From Octopus bimaculoides (Eukaryota): a DNA stretch of 64,000 nucleotides. Below, piece by piece: positions 38,271 through 52,390 of the stretch (its first letter is position 1; every line of letters begins with the position of its first letter). The notes under the pieces were generated by a model that was not told the DNA's origin, did not search any database, and worked only from the letters and a program-made list of their open reading frames with translations. The translations under genes and the position numbers were made by a program. Where the stretch lies: the NCBI RefSeq assembly GCF_001194135.2, contig NC_068998.1:44817589-44881588 (forward strand). Direction: 5' to 3'.

Positions 38271-39353
38271 GTAACGGAGTAAGTATTATAAAGGAATTGT
38301 ATTAAAAAAATTTTAGTATTTTGTGTATTGTAGAAGTCAAATTGATTTTTCACACATACATTTTAACAGCAAAATCTTATACAGACCCTCAAGGGCCATG
38401 TGGACCCCATTTGCGAGCCACTGCACTGTGCCTTAAAAGCATATGAGTTGGTCAAGACTAACTATCGTTCATAAAAGTTTTGCATTTACATTGCAACATA
38501 ACACTCTTTTACAACTCTATTCTACTTTTAATTAATCTTAATTTAATTCTGGTTTTGTCTCTCTTGCTTTCTTGCTCACAATTAGTATTTTAGATAATAA
38601 TTTCTTTTTCCTCGTCACTCAGAATGTAATTTTTAATTAATTAAACTTTCTTGAGTTACTACATTAAATATATTACCATCCGCTAACTTCTTTCACTAAT
38701 TTACACAAAGTGATGGTAAGAAACACTCAGGAGAGTTGAATAGCTGAAGGTCTTGAGAAAAGAAATCCCTCTTGAACAAGTGTTTCAGCGTTAGTTTCAT
38801 ACACTCTAAGAGGTCTAGGCCACAGCCAGGTCATGACACCTGGATGCCCTTCTGCTAACACTTTTAGATCTTTGGATATCAGCGACAGGTTCATGTAAAT
38901 CCCCTGGAGGATAATGAAAGGTATCTACAAGCTCCACTTCAGTAAGGTTATTCACTGCAGTTTGTTTCATCACCAACTCAGTGATAACCATAAGATAGAG
39001 GAATCCTCTACCAGTCCATCTCTTCTTCAATCCCTCCCCTCTTCTTCTTCTTCTTCAATATTCAGACTGTTTACATATTTACTCAGACAAATAATCTTAT
39101 TCAATTTTCATAATGAAGACTGGCATAATTCATTTTTCAAGGAAGATGTAAACAAAAACGGGGGGAAATAAAAAAAGCAAAGATATTTCTATGATTATTT
39201 TAAGCCAGAACATAACAGAACCAGCTAATTACCACCCACACCCATCAACTAACCCACCTAGGCCATTTCCACCTCATGCACACTTAATACATTCTGATGT
39301 CTGTCATGTTAACAACACAATATACATTATACATGTATGTATATACATGTATG

Positions 39354-39443
<90 letters not shown>

Positions 39444-42059
39444 AAATATTTACACACTTTTTGGAGCAGATTATAAAGATATTTTTACAACAGACAAATT
39501 CTACAGCATGTGCTCACCCATCTTTTGTCAAATTCCTGCTCTTTGAGAAGGAAAATTAAAACTAACACTATTTAGATGAGGAAAAAACCAAGCGCCTGTA
39601 TTTTTCTTCTCCTTTAATCTGTTACATATTCTCTACTTTGTATGTCTGTCACTTTTGATTTTCTTGTCGCCTGCACTTGCTGGCAATTCCTGCAGTCAGT
39701 CTCATGTGCATTGATTGACACTGAATATTGAATGTAACATTTTACAGATGACAACACAACAATGATTTTAAATAGCTGAAGCATAATTTTAAAGAACCTA
39801 AAGCAGCAGATTATTCAGAAATCAAATGTTTAGTGATTCTAAGGTAATTGAATCAACAGAGAAGCCTCTGCATTCTTTTAAGTGACCACGTAGAAGTTGT
39901 GACCAAATCTGCTTTAAATCACACTTACATTGTAGAATTGTTGTTGTTGTTGGCACTCCGTCGCTTATGATGTCGAGTGTCCCATGAACCTTTACAGAGC
40001 CTCTAAGATTGGTGGTGGTGGTGATGGTGGTGATGAAGGGAAGATGACATCTTCAAATTACAAATTGGGCCTGAATGCTCTGAGCTGAGTGGGCTCTGCA
40101 AAAGGTACATGAGGAACTAGGTGGCAGTGTTAAACTTGGTGACCAAGTATGCATGCATGTGTGTACAAGCATATGTGCTTGTAGGTGTGTGTGTGTGTGT
40201 GTGTGTGTGTATTTCACCAATCTATATCAGTAAATAAATAATATAAACTTTGAAAGCCAAAATGGTGTTTGACACACAAAGTCCCTTGAGATGTTTGTTC
40301 CACATCGATTTACAGATACTCTCTTGTCACTCTTGCTATCAGAAATACAGTGAACCTGTGATTGCTCCATTGAAAACCAGTAACCAATGATACCATTGCT
40401 CATTTATCACAGTGTCAAATAGAAATAATATAAGATAAAAGAAAATAAAATAAGAAAAGGCTTCTAAAATATCTGAGCAAACTTCTGGTATTGATCGAGT
40501 ATTGGCAAATGAATGGTTTTAGAATTTCTATTCTGAATATGTAGCTTTGATATTTCTGGCCTTTCACAGTGCAAATATTGTTTCAGTTTGGAGAAATATG
40601 GATAAAAATGTAAAGATGTGTTTTGATATTAATTTCACTATATTACCTTAGGTAGTTCAGTTGTAAGCTTAGTGCCCCTAAAGAAACCTTATGTATTAAA
40701 GCAACAAATCTCTGTCAGCCTTATTTAGAGTGGATTGCAATCTTAGAACAAGTATAATTCATTTAACGGAAAGCACTTCGAGGTAACAGAGCAGAGCTTT
40801 TTTCTGAGTGCTTTCTTAGATACTGGTTAATAAAAAATAAAAAAAAAAAGAGGTAAAATACATCTGATATTATTTCTATCCAATAGAATATTTGTTTAGC
40901 TTTCATACGAAAGACAAATATGATACTAATTGCTTTTGAGTGTTAATCAATAGAAATATATGAGATTTTCCTCTAGCAATCCAGTATTTTATCCAGCATT
41001 GTTGTTCTTAATACCAGTGAGTACCATAGAAGTAGAGATAAATTCCCACCTAATTCACATTATAATGAAACTTCAATTACCAATTGAAGACTATTTCATA
41101 TCGCTTGCGTTACTAAGGCTCTTTTGAAAAGCATAATAAACATTTCGAGTACTAGTATTTCTCTCTTTCAGTTTTTTTTCCTTTTTTTTTTTTTTGTACC
41201 TGAGTTAATCAAAAGCAGAAGGCCAGTACCTTTGACCCTTTTGTTGTCTCTCCCTCTCCTCTTGATACTGGAAAGAAGAAGCTATCATTGAACCAGAGAC
41301 TTGGCCTGGGGGCTTACAACAGAGTATACTGTACTAAAATCTCCCAAGAGCCTGAGGAGAAGTGTGAAACCGGGTTATGGATTATATCAACAGAATAGCA
41401 TTATGTAAACTAAAGAGGAATTTTCAAAATTGTAAATTGGCAGAGTCCTTAGAACAGAGGTCAGGAACATTTTTAACCAATCACCCTAAAATATATTTAT
41501 TTATGTAGACATTACTCCCTTGATTCGAAAGGAAGAAAATCATAGATAACAAGGGTTAAGTTTTTATATAATTTTACTTATGTCTAATGACTCCTCATTA
41601 CCCTCAAGAATTTCATTCTTACCTCCAATTGGGGTAATTTACCTTGGTTCGCTGACCGCTGCCTTAGAGCATCAGGTAAAATGCCTCACACAATTTGATC
41701 CAACTTTCTATGCTCTGAGTTCAAACTCTGCTAAGATCAAGATCAACTGTGTCTTTCATCCTTTCAAAATCAACAAAAAAAATACCTATCCAAAGCAGTG
41801 TCTTGGTAGAACTGCAACAATGTCAAACTGGGTGTCACATGGTACTTGATCCATATCTTTGCATTCTGAGATCAAACCCAACTAAAGTCAACTTTTCTTT
41901 TTTTTGGTATTGTTAAAAGAGTACCTGTCCAGGGCAGAATGGTAAGAACGTCAAATCAGATGATTTAAGTGTTTGTTCAGATCTTCACTTTGTAAGTTCA
42001 GATTATGGCCTACCCAAGAGGTAGACTTATTCCAGTTTCAATTTTAGTTAGTAAAGCTG

Positions 42060-42212
42060 TTGTTACTATAGTAACAAACGATGTGAAATTGAGTCAGTGA
42101 CACTGTTGTTACTATAGTAATAAGTGACGTGGATTTGAGTCAGTTACTATGGGGATAGGTGATGATGAGTTATTTCAGGAACGCTGTTGTTATTATGTTG
42201 ACAGCCAATAGG
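42060..42212. promoter_or_regulatory. Cluster of X-box (RFX), AP-1, CRE-like and CCAAT motifs
   Basis: GTTACTATAGTAAC 42062, GTTACTATAGTAAT 42108, TGAGTCA 42090 and 42136, TGACGT 42125, AGCCAATAG about 42203. Confidence 0.45.
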
Positions 42213-42422
42213 AATTTTCTGATAAATTAAATCACTAACACAAATTTTATAGTGATTTGTAACTAGTTCACTTTAATCAACTATTTCTCTTATTCTGGAA
42301 ATGAATTAACATCACAGTTTCAATTTATACCTGTTTTAAAACCTCTACTTGTGTGGAGCCTTTTCACTAGCTAATTAGTAGTGCTATAAAAATTAGTTTA
42401 CATTAATATAAAATAATCCTAA

Positions 42423-42463
<41 letters not shown>

Positions 42464-42619
42464 TATATATCTTATATATATCTTATATATTTAAAATATA
42501 GGATTATATATCTTATATATTTTAATATATAGGATTATTTCAGATTAGTCAAAATTATTCCATTCCCAGCTAATCTTTAACGAGCCAATGAGGAACACCC
42601 ACACAGGTATTCAACTGCT

Positions 42620-42890
42620 ACTGCCTTATATTATTATGTCTGAAAATAAAAAGACAGGATGGTCATGATTAGAATATCTTTGGTCATAGCCCTACTCAAC
42701 CAGAGCTATCCTGCAGCTACACAAACAACAAAATTTTAACAAATATTTCTTAAATAACACACACAGTATTATCTTAAAAATAGATAAGACACATTAAATT
42801 ATGTAGTCCCAGATACACAGTATCTGAGAAAAAGAGATTTAAATGTTTTTAATCATTGGTTTGTCCAATTAGGACTGACCTGGGGGTTTT
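42620..42890 (+). mobile_element. Old degenerate interspersed family J, two tandem copies (others near 18355, 28510, 37340, 47700, 50200 on +; 11915, 57860 on -)
   Basis: Recurrent atgtagtcc...atggtcatg...gaat...tttg(g/a)tcatagg...caatcaggactgacctgggg module. Confidence 0.55.
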
Positions 42891-44627
42891 ATATATAACT
42901 ACATTATAATTTAATGTTCATTTACCATGCTGGCGAGGGAGGGTTGAACAGTTTCACAGCAGCTGGCAAACCAGAGGACTGTGTTAAGTTGTACTGTCTG
43001 CTTTCATGTGGTTTCTATGGTTGGATGCCCTTCCTAATACCAACCACTTTGCAGAGTGTACTGGGTGCTTTTTATGTGATACCAGCACTTGTAAGGTTGC
43101 CAGATAAATTGCCATACAACTATCCTCTCAGATGAGGAGTGGTATTGATGGAGGTGGGTCAGTGTCCAGTGATGACAGATTAAACTACGATCGAGGGACA
43201 GAAATAAGTGCTTTGCTGTAGAGAAGTTACATGGCTGCCTTATTTGGAGGAGGAGATAGATAGATAAATAGACAGAAACAGAGAGAGACAGTGAAGATCA
43301 TATTAAATGCTATGTTGTATCAGTTGTATCTGGTTCAATACTTATCAGTCTATTATATTCTCTACATAATGAATTCTTTATAACGTGTCAACTATTATTA
43401 GCTAATTCAGACAATACTTATATACTGAACTGGCAGAGAGTCAAAGGAGACTTTAAGATGGAATATTCCACTTCCTAATCCTATTCTCTCATTAACTTGG
43501 TATTCTATTATCCCAAATACAATACTAAATCCACAACAATACTAAGTGTGTTTGTATAAACTCAGATCCCTAATGGATTACTGTGTGTCGAGGTGGGGTG
43601 GAGATTTTAATTAAAGCAGATTTGATATCTGGATTCATGGAATGATCTGTGAAAAACAGTTTCTCTCATACTGGTTGACTGGAAGAACCATTAAAGCATT
43701 GGAAAAATTTCATGAAATATTTTCATCTGTGTAAATTATATAGGTGCACAAATTACATGGGGTTTTATGGTAATTAACACACACACAGGTTCAAATCCAC
43801 TCATTTATTAAATATTTGTTTGTCAAAGCTCCTTCATTACTTCTTGCAATCTTCTCAGTCACTATTGACTTACTTCATTATAGAGGCATTTCCTTTTCAT
43901 TTATTAATGATTCGATCTAGATGAAAGGGTCTTTGCAATCCCTATATAATCAGTGAGATGGATGTAGTTAATGTTACTCTTGGATAGTCACAAAGTAATG
44001 GCTGCAGGTAAAACATAGGCAGGGAATGATTTCCAAGTAATGTTAAAATTCTGCCCCAAGTTGCTAATCATGTTTGGAAGATTTTTTCCTTTTTTTTTTT
44101 TTGTTTATTATGATGTAACATGCATGCCTCTAATTCATACAATAAGCTAGATAATGCTACCATTTTGTAAGCTTTGTTCTTCCCTTGTACAGTTACATAC
44201 TTGTTGTTCCTTTATCATATATATATATATATATATATATTTCATATACATATATATTTCATATATTTCGATAGAAAACAGGGTGCAAACTCATAAAAAA
44301 CTCAAAATTGTTGACAGGAAGTGGGTTGGTTCTTTTGTTTGCTTATATTTTGTTTTCTCATTGGTAATCTTGACAGATTGGGGGAAATATTGGAAGTAAA
44401 ATATATCAGACCTTGACTGAGATACAAGAACACCTTTAAACACAATGGGAAGAGATTAAACATTGAAGTCCATGGCTGAATGACTATTACTCATCCCCAA
44501 AGAATCTTTGGAAGAGAATGATCTCTCACTTTACATATGGATATTCATCAATGGTCACCCTATGATGATGATGATGATGATGAGGCATTTCCATCTTTTT
44601 TCTCCTCATTTATCTTTTCTTTGTGAA

Positions 44628-44950
44628 GGTGCATGGCTTAGTGGTTAAGGTGTTCAGTTAATGATTGTAGGGTCATGAGTTCAATTTCTGGCAATGCATT
44701 GTGTCCTTGAGCAAGACACTTTATTTCACGTTGCCGCAGTCCACTCAGCTGGCAAAAATGAGTTGTACCTGTAATTCAAAGGACCAGCCTTGTCACACTC
44801 TGTGTCACACTGAATCTCCCTGATAACTATGTAAAGGGGTACACATGTCTGTGGAGCACTCAGCCACTTACACATTAATTTCACAAGCAGGTTGTTCCAT
44901 TGATTGGATCAACAGTAACCCTCATTGTCGCAACTGATGGAGTGCCAGTA
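44628..44950 (+). mobile_element. SINE family A1
   Basis: gcatggcttagtggttaagg A box; ccttgagcaagacactttatttcacgttg core; tail A ending gatggagtgcca. Confidence 0.8.
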
Positions 44951-45095
44951 TCTTTGCTGTAGAATAATGTAGGCTAGAAAGATTGAGACCTTGCCTTTCA
45001 CCTTTTCTGGGGTCGATAAAATAAGTACCAGTTGAGCACTAGGTAGTACAGGCTTCTGAGCATCAACCTAATATACCCTATTTATTTGGGTTTTA

Positions 45096-45136
<41 letters not shown>

Positions 45137-46574
45137 TAACACAAGGATAAGGATAAAACAATCCTTTTTAGATTAGAACCTGAAAACATATTTTCAAACA
45201 GTCGATAGCATTATATATACCCAGGAATAAGACACCCGGTGAAAATCATTGATCAAACTACTAAAAACATAAAGTAAATATCATATTGTAAATATACCCT
45301 GTGGAGATGAGGTCAATAGTATATAAAGTTATGATATTAATATCAATACATTTCTTATATTTTGATAGAAAACATGGTGTTAACAGTCAGAAAAAGTTTC
45401 CCAAGAATACTCATAAAAGAACTCTTGTCAAAAATGTTGGCAGGAGGGATTTTATTTTTGGGTTTTTTCTTTTTTTTTTTTTTCATTGGTAATCTTGACA
45501 GGTTGGGGGAAATATTGGAAATAAAATATTTATAAATCAATGACTTGAGAATCAACTTGTCATTATAAGATTTGACAGAATGGGTTCCACTCCTTAGAAA
45601 AAAATTTTGTAGAGTGTTTTGTAACTATTTAGGAAATGTTTATTCTGTTGTTGGTTATAGAATAGTGTCTTGTTATTCGTTATCTTCATCTTCAATGTAG
45701 TAATTCCCAATCTCCATTTCCAGTGTATGGAATAGAAAACAACTGTTTCCTGAGTCTTGAGGATATTTTGAAAGATGGTGCTTAGCTCTGGTTTCATGGC
45801 ATGAAGCAAATAAGAGTCTTTTCTGCTCCTAGCTTTGATTCTAGATTATCAACACAAGTAACATAATGTTGTCAGTCAACTTGAGGTATTGTAAAATAAA
45901 GTATTCTGTCTAGAAACTCACTGAAATGCTTGCAGCAGATCTAAGCTTCTAATCTGTGAGAAAGTAGTTCAATACCTTATTTACACAGCCTCTTTGCTTC
46001 TCCTGATCATATGAGGTCAACGCATACAAGACACACTTTGTGATTGTTGTGCTATGAAATGCAATTACAGTGGAATTGTTGGCACACTGGACAAGATGCT
46101 TTGCAGCATTTCCATCACAGTTTTATCTTCTGAGTTCAACTCCTTTCGGAGTTGATAAAATAAGTACCAGTTGAGCACTTGGGTCAATGTAATTGACTTA
46201 GCTCTCCCCAAAATTAAAACTATATTATGAAACCATATTATTGAAAATTGAAGCCATATTATGAAATAGAATTAAGACTAACTATCCACTATGATATAGT
46301 TTAAAACTAATTGAAATAAATCTTTAATGAGAAATATTCCATATATAGTGGCAGAATTGGTAGAGACTCAGACAAAACTACTATTTGGTTATATTCTTTA
46401 CATTTTGAGTTCAAATCTCACCCAGGTCCACTTAGCTTTTGATCGTTCTGTGGTTGATATATTCCAGTATGGCCATAGTCCAATGACTGACACGTAAAAG
46501 ATTATTATACGTTGTACTCTTTCGGGGTTTCTGTTTCTTTTGCTTTTATAAGTTAAAAAAGAAACCCTTTTGCC

Positions 46575-47035
46575 TTCTAATTCTTCCTTGCTGGTTGCTT
46601 CATGTTGTTCCTGGATGAGGCTGGAGTCATCCCAGTTTAGTGGTCCCAGAGGCCAGATCAACCAGTGTTCTCCATAACTGTCAGTCCTGTGCCAACCCCT
46701 CTGCATCCTCCAAGGTGACGTTGAGCCTCTGAAGATCTTCTCCAATCACATCCAGCCATCTGGTGTGGGGCCTGCCTTGAGGCCTTTTCTTCCAGCCTGC
46801 AGCTAGTGTATAGAATAAGAACAAAGCCCTGGTCAAGTAACCTAGCAGGAGACAGAGGTCATGTCCATACCAGCTCGTGTGATGGATAGCTATGAAGTGG
46901 AAGATAGCAAGCTGATGTGTGCATACATGCAGTTCTTTATTGGAAATGTGATGGGACCATCTGATGTTCTCAGTCCCCTGTTTAAAACAGCCCTGGGGAA
47001 GGATATCAGGGTGTCCTCTTTTGTATTTGACACCT
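46575..47035 (-). mobile_element. RTE-clade LINE 3' fragment (pseudogenised ORF C-terminus)
   Basis: Minus translation IRWSHHISNKEL...SWYGH...GWKKRPQGRPHTRWLDVIGEDLQRLNVTLEDAEGLAQD*QLWRTLV, the typical RTE C-terminal pattern. Confidence 0.85.
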
Positions 47036-48079
47036 TATATAATTATTTGAACTTTGGTTATTAACAAAACATCCCTGTAATGAGAATCAGTGCAAGTCTT
47101 CTTCCATCATCTCCTTTCTACTCTCTATTAAAACATACAATCACTTTAATTAGTTCATTGATAATGTGTATATTGTATAAATACACATAAGTGACTGTTG
47201 CAAGGAATTAGTTGAAGAATTATTACATTCTAGCCAAAAGTAGTTAACTAATCTTACCATCAGCCAAATTTAGCACTCAAGGAAGAAGTAAATCTTAATT
47301 AGGGACCATTATGTGGCTCAAAGAATTGATGAATTCTTCCTGGTTATTGTCGTTAACCAGACAATTAAGCTGTAATATCTTGGAACAGTTTAATCTCTGG
47401 TAGAGAAGAGGCTTCAGAGTTGGTGTACACACATGACCCTGGGTTAAGAATTTAGTATTATATCCTCATCATTCAAGGTTTGATCCCACCTTGGACAATG
47501 TCTTGGTTGACTAATGCATTTGTGAACAGAATTTGGCAAGAAGAACCTGTTATCATCATCATCGTTTAACGTCCGCTTTCCATGCTAGCATGGGTTGGAC
47601 GATTTGACTGAGGACTGGTGAACCAGATGGCTACACCAGGCTCCAATCTGATCCTGATAATCTTTCAAATCACTCTGTGTCAACTTGAAAATAGGGAAGA
47701 TATTCATTAATTAATGTACTTCAGTGTATCTCCACCACAAATTGCATAGTCATAGTTAATTGTCTTTGGTCTAGATAGTCATGGTTGAAATGTCTTTGGT
47801 CATAGATTTGTTTCATCGGATTTGACTTGGCTGTATACGGCCACACTGCCAAATGGGGAAACTACTACAAAGTGGTTTGATCTGCTAGAAATATCAGCCA
47901 AAATATTCTCTCATATCACATTTTATTATTTTGAAAAGAAGGATGCAATACTTGTAAATTTATTACATTTGGGAATATAAAAGATTGAATGGCCACAGTT
48001 CTGAATGTGTCTCTAAACACAAGTCTGCTGAATCAAAGCCAATTTGAAGTCAAGGCAAGTAGAACAGCACTCCATCTCC

Positions 48080-48420
48080 ACCACCACTACCACCAACAAC
48101 AACAATCGTACCAACAACAACAACAATTGTACCAACAACAACACAATCACAAACAGCAACATCTACCACCTACAACAACAAGAGCATGACCACTACCATC
48201 ATCACCACCACCACTATTAACAACAACAAAAACACTACCAACAACAACAGCACAATCATCATCAACAGCAACAAAACATCCACCAACAACAATAACAATA
48301 CCAACAACAACAAGAGCACCACCACCATCAAAAGCAGCTGAACTACCATCAACAACACTACCTCCAAAACCATTCTACCACCACCACCACCACCATCAGC
48401 ACCATCATTACCATCAGTGG
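48080..48420. repeat. (CAA)/(CCA) low-complexity tract
   Basis: Degenerate trinucleotide runs. Confidence 0.85.
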
Positions 48421-51400
48421 TGTATTAGAACACTGAATCAATATCTAAAACTGTAATGAAGGAACAAGTAACGGTAGAGACAATTAACTTTATTACGGTA
48501 ACCTATTAATGCTATTGTTGTGTTGGTCCCATTGAAATCTGTTTGGGAAACCTTTTGAGCAAACTTAGACCATTAAACAAGCAAACTTCTAAATGCTTTA
48601 CTCTAGATAGTCAAGCACAATACATCCCAGTTGTAGTTAGTCAACTTGTCAGTATGAAACAAAATATCTGCAGTTAATTCACATCCAGATGATACACACA
48701 AGCACCAATATACACACACAAGCACCAATATACACACTCAAACACACACATGCATACAAACATACACACACAAACACACATGCATACAAACACACATACA
48801 TATACAAACACCTAAACATAAACATAGAAGACACAAAATGCATAAAAGACATACTCACACACAAACCATCAAGGGAACCCTCTATCGGGTCACTCTACCA
48901 GTAAGAAATACCTACTAAATTCCTCAAAATCATACACCCTGTTGTTTCACAATAGGAAAGACACACAGGACAATGTTGTCATAGTTATGCAAAAATACAG
49001 GGTGGCACATATGTGCAAACAAACACATAAATACACATATAATCACACATGCTCACATATACACACACACACACACACATTTCTGAATAGAAAAACAAAA
49101 CTTTACTCATTAGTTCACTTGTAAATTAAGGAAGACATCTATTTCAAAAGAGAAAAAAAACCCCTAAAAATACAAATGTAGTAAAGCCACACATTTAGGG
49201 GTCAGACTTGGATAGTAACAATATTTTAGAAACAGCCTGAATTTTTGCTATTACATAGGGTCGGTGTTCAGCATTAGGATTTAGTCCCCTTCCAGTTCTC
49301 ATTTTATAGATTTGAAGAATTATAGGCAATATTTCTGTTACATCTCTCTCCTACCATACTTTTAGACAGTTATTCCATTATAGCAGTCTACCATTTTATG
49401 TAATCATGATTATGCCTTCTTCTTCAGACAAGCCATTCATCATCTTTTTGCTCGTATTCATAGATCAAACTTCCGACAGTTTATATACGTCTCTTGCAGT
49501 TTGCAGCAAGTTCTATACATCATTTCAGATTCTTTCTCACCCATCTCATTCTATACCCTTCCATTCTGATATAAACACGCTGTAAATATCACTCGCTCAT
49601 ATATCAGCTATTTCAAACAACTGTTTCAAACTTCATCCCAAACACTAATGTCATTACGTAATAAACAAGATTGGGTTTTTGCATGATGCAGTTTACTCAA
49701 TTTTACCAGCACATATAAATTTTGTTGGTAATATATCAGCCATTTCTGGTTTAGGTATGTGGGGAACCCTTTTAGAACCAAGGTTGAATTACAAGTGCAC
49801 TTAACAACATGTGGAGGATGCAGCTGTTCTTAGTAAAAATAATGAGTCTTTAATTTTACAAATTCATATAATGCAATTTATTTTAAGTTACTGTTTTGCT
49901 TTTAAGGCTTAAACAAGTGTTTTTATATGCCTTTCTTTTCAGTTCTCCATGGGGCAGTTCTTGATTTGAACATGGATATAATTTCACCTATAAACAAGGA
50001 GTTTCTCATATCTGATCGAGATGGTGGAAAAATATTTAAAGAGGTCAAAAAAGATATATATATATATATATATCATTAAAACATAATTTAGTACAACGTA
50101 AACACCATTTGGGAATTTAAAAATTTATATTTTGGCAACAGCCATGTTATTTAAAATAACAAACTAGCAAGGATGTTATTGTACATGGTTGTTTGAACAA
50201 GTAAAAATGCCAGCCATATTTCACTCAGATCAAACCTACATTCCAAGGGAAAAACATATCGGATTAGATACTCTGGAGTACTTTGTGCTTATGAAAAAGA
50301 TGGGATGTTCATAGCTGATATGCCTTAGATCACAGGTTTTGCTCAATCAGGACAAACCTAGGGTTAAATAATATTAACAACACTAACTATGACCAAATCT
50401 TCCAGACAAATATTTGCTAACCAATAAATATACTACAACATATATTCATATACCACATTGAACTTCCTACAATATATACTCCACTTTGCCTTTCATCCTC
50501 CTGGAGTTGATAAACCAAGTACCAGTTGGGCACTGATGTAGTGTGGCAGGGAGGAGAGCAGATAATCACCTTAACTTCTGCCCTGAAATTGCTGGCCATG
50601 TGCCAAAGTTTGAAATCGATGTTACCAGTGAGGGACTGGTGTTATTTTTTTCTGTGACAACAATATATTGATCTCTCATCTACTTTCTGCTATGACACAG
50701 GAACTAAGAAGTGGTTATTGAATTTTCTTTGGAACCTAGAGGGGTACATTTTTTTTTCTTTTGTTCTTGTATTTACGCTTCAGTGATGTGGTACTCAAAA
50801 CAACAGCTACTAACATTTTATATAATGCTTGACACCTCAATAATAAGCTTACCACCATGGCAAGGCTGGAAGTAATTCTATTACTTCGCTCTGACATGCA
50901 ATCCACACCACTACCACCACCACCATCATCCCTATAACTATCATCTTCAACCTCCACAACCATTATTACCACTATCATCACTACCACCATCAACTACCAC
51001 TGTCAACTACCACCAATACCATCCACCACCATCAAGCTCAAGCTTAACAACAACAACAATAACAACAGCAGTAAATTCTACAAGTCATTCTTTTTGATGT
51101 ATGATAGAATATTTACTTGTTAATTTTTATGGAATGAAATTCTGTAGAAAGAATAAAGATATGAAAGATTAAAGAATAAAGAATAAAGGCATAAAGCATA
51201 TTGTGAAATACTTGATAATCTGATACTTCGATATTTGATACTCCGATATTTGATACTCCGATACTTAAAAAAATTAAACTGGATTATCTACTACAAACAA
51301 TCTATCCATAGAGAATGTTGTTAAGTATCATTAACCTGTCAACCACATAGCCTCTTTCTGTAAATATCCCTTATTTCTCTATCTAAATATCCATATAATA

Positions 51401-51483
51401 GCAGCATGAAGGACATGTCATTGTAAATAAAGATAAGAATATGATTGTCATCATCATCATCATCATTATTATCATCATCATCA

Positions 51484-51526
<43 letters not shown>

Positions 51527-51539
51527 CATCATCATTATT

Positions 51540-51776
51540 TAAGGTGGTGAACTGATAGAACCCTCAGCATCCTGGGTAAAATGCTTAGCAGCATTTCATC
51601 CATCTTTATGTTCTGAGTTCAAATTATGTTCCAAGGTTGATTTCTCCTGTTATCCTTTTGCGGGTTGATGAAATAAGTACCAATCACATACTGGGGTCAA
51701 CATATTTCTCAAACTTGGTTGTTAGTGTCCCCTCTCCTCAACTTGCTGGCCTCGGGCCAAAATTTGAAACCACCAC

Positions 51777-51777
<1 letters not shown>
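51540..51777 (+). mobile_element. SINE family C with (ATT)n tail
   Basis: aaggtggtgaactg...aaatgcttagcagcatttc...ttctgagttcaaatt...ggccaaaatttgaaacc then (ATT)n. Confidence 0.75.
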
Positions 51778-51819
<42 letters not shown>

Positions 51820-51820
51820 T

Positions 51821-52348
51821 GATGAAAACTCACAGCTTATTTTGCTGGATATGATGGAAAGTGTCAAATGTCCACAGCCAGCAGTCTAAGGTGACACTTG
51901 TATAAACCTTGCAAAGAATTCTTGCAGTTTCAAGCAATGCTGATTTTTGTAGATATTCTCCCTTTACATTTGTAACAATCTTTTTGAGCCATGTTGATGG
52001 CTGAGTGCTGCTACTTCCAAGTATGCCAATTACTATTGGTATTACGTCTATCCTCTTCATTGACCACAACCTTCGTATTTCCCACGTCAAATCATCATAG
52101 TTGTTCAGTTTTTCTTCCTTCTCCTTGATCTTGTTGTCACTGTGACATGTTATATTGATTATCATGCATCTTCTTTCTTTTTTCTTCACTACAATAATGT
52201 CTGGTTGGGTGATCAGACTGAATCATTGCATCCCACAGGAATTTGCAATTTTCATTCTAGGTGATTCCTTCTGGGGTTTGCTCATACCATATCTTTGTTC
52301 TTTGTAAGCTGTGATTTCCACAGAGCTCTCAATGGATCATTCTTGCCA
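51821..52348 (-). mobile_element. R4/Dong-clade RLE non-LTR retrotransposon, 3' fragment
   Basis: WYEQTPE...FLWDAMIQ...PDIIVV...EKLNNYDDLTWEIRRLWSMKRIDVIPIVIGILG...LQKSALLETARIL; (AAT)n tail. Confidence 0.85.
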
Positions 52349-52350
52349 TG

Positions 52351-52390
<40 letters not shown>

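Noticed and set aside
38815-39171. Opposing ORFs of 71 and 85 aa in moderately complex sequence
   Set aside because: No recognisable homology or motif, and it includes a family E-like tggatgcccttc fragment; not supportable as CDS
49390-49760. Possible decayed LINE or transposase coding remnant on the minus strand
   Set aside because: All frames are interrupted and no diagnostic motif could be identified by eye
51225-51265. 14-bp tandem repeat gatactccgatattt x about 3
   Set aside because: Short slippage duplication without spacers; no functional motif, and not CRISPR-like
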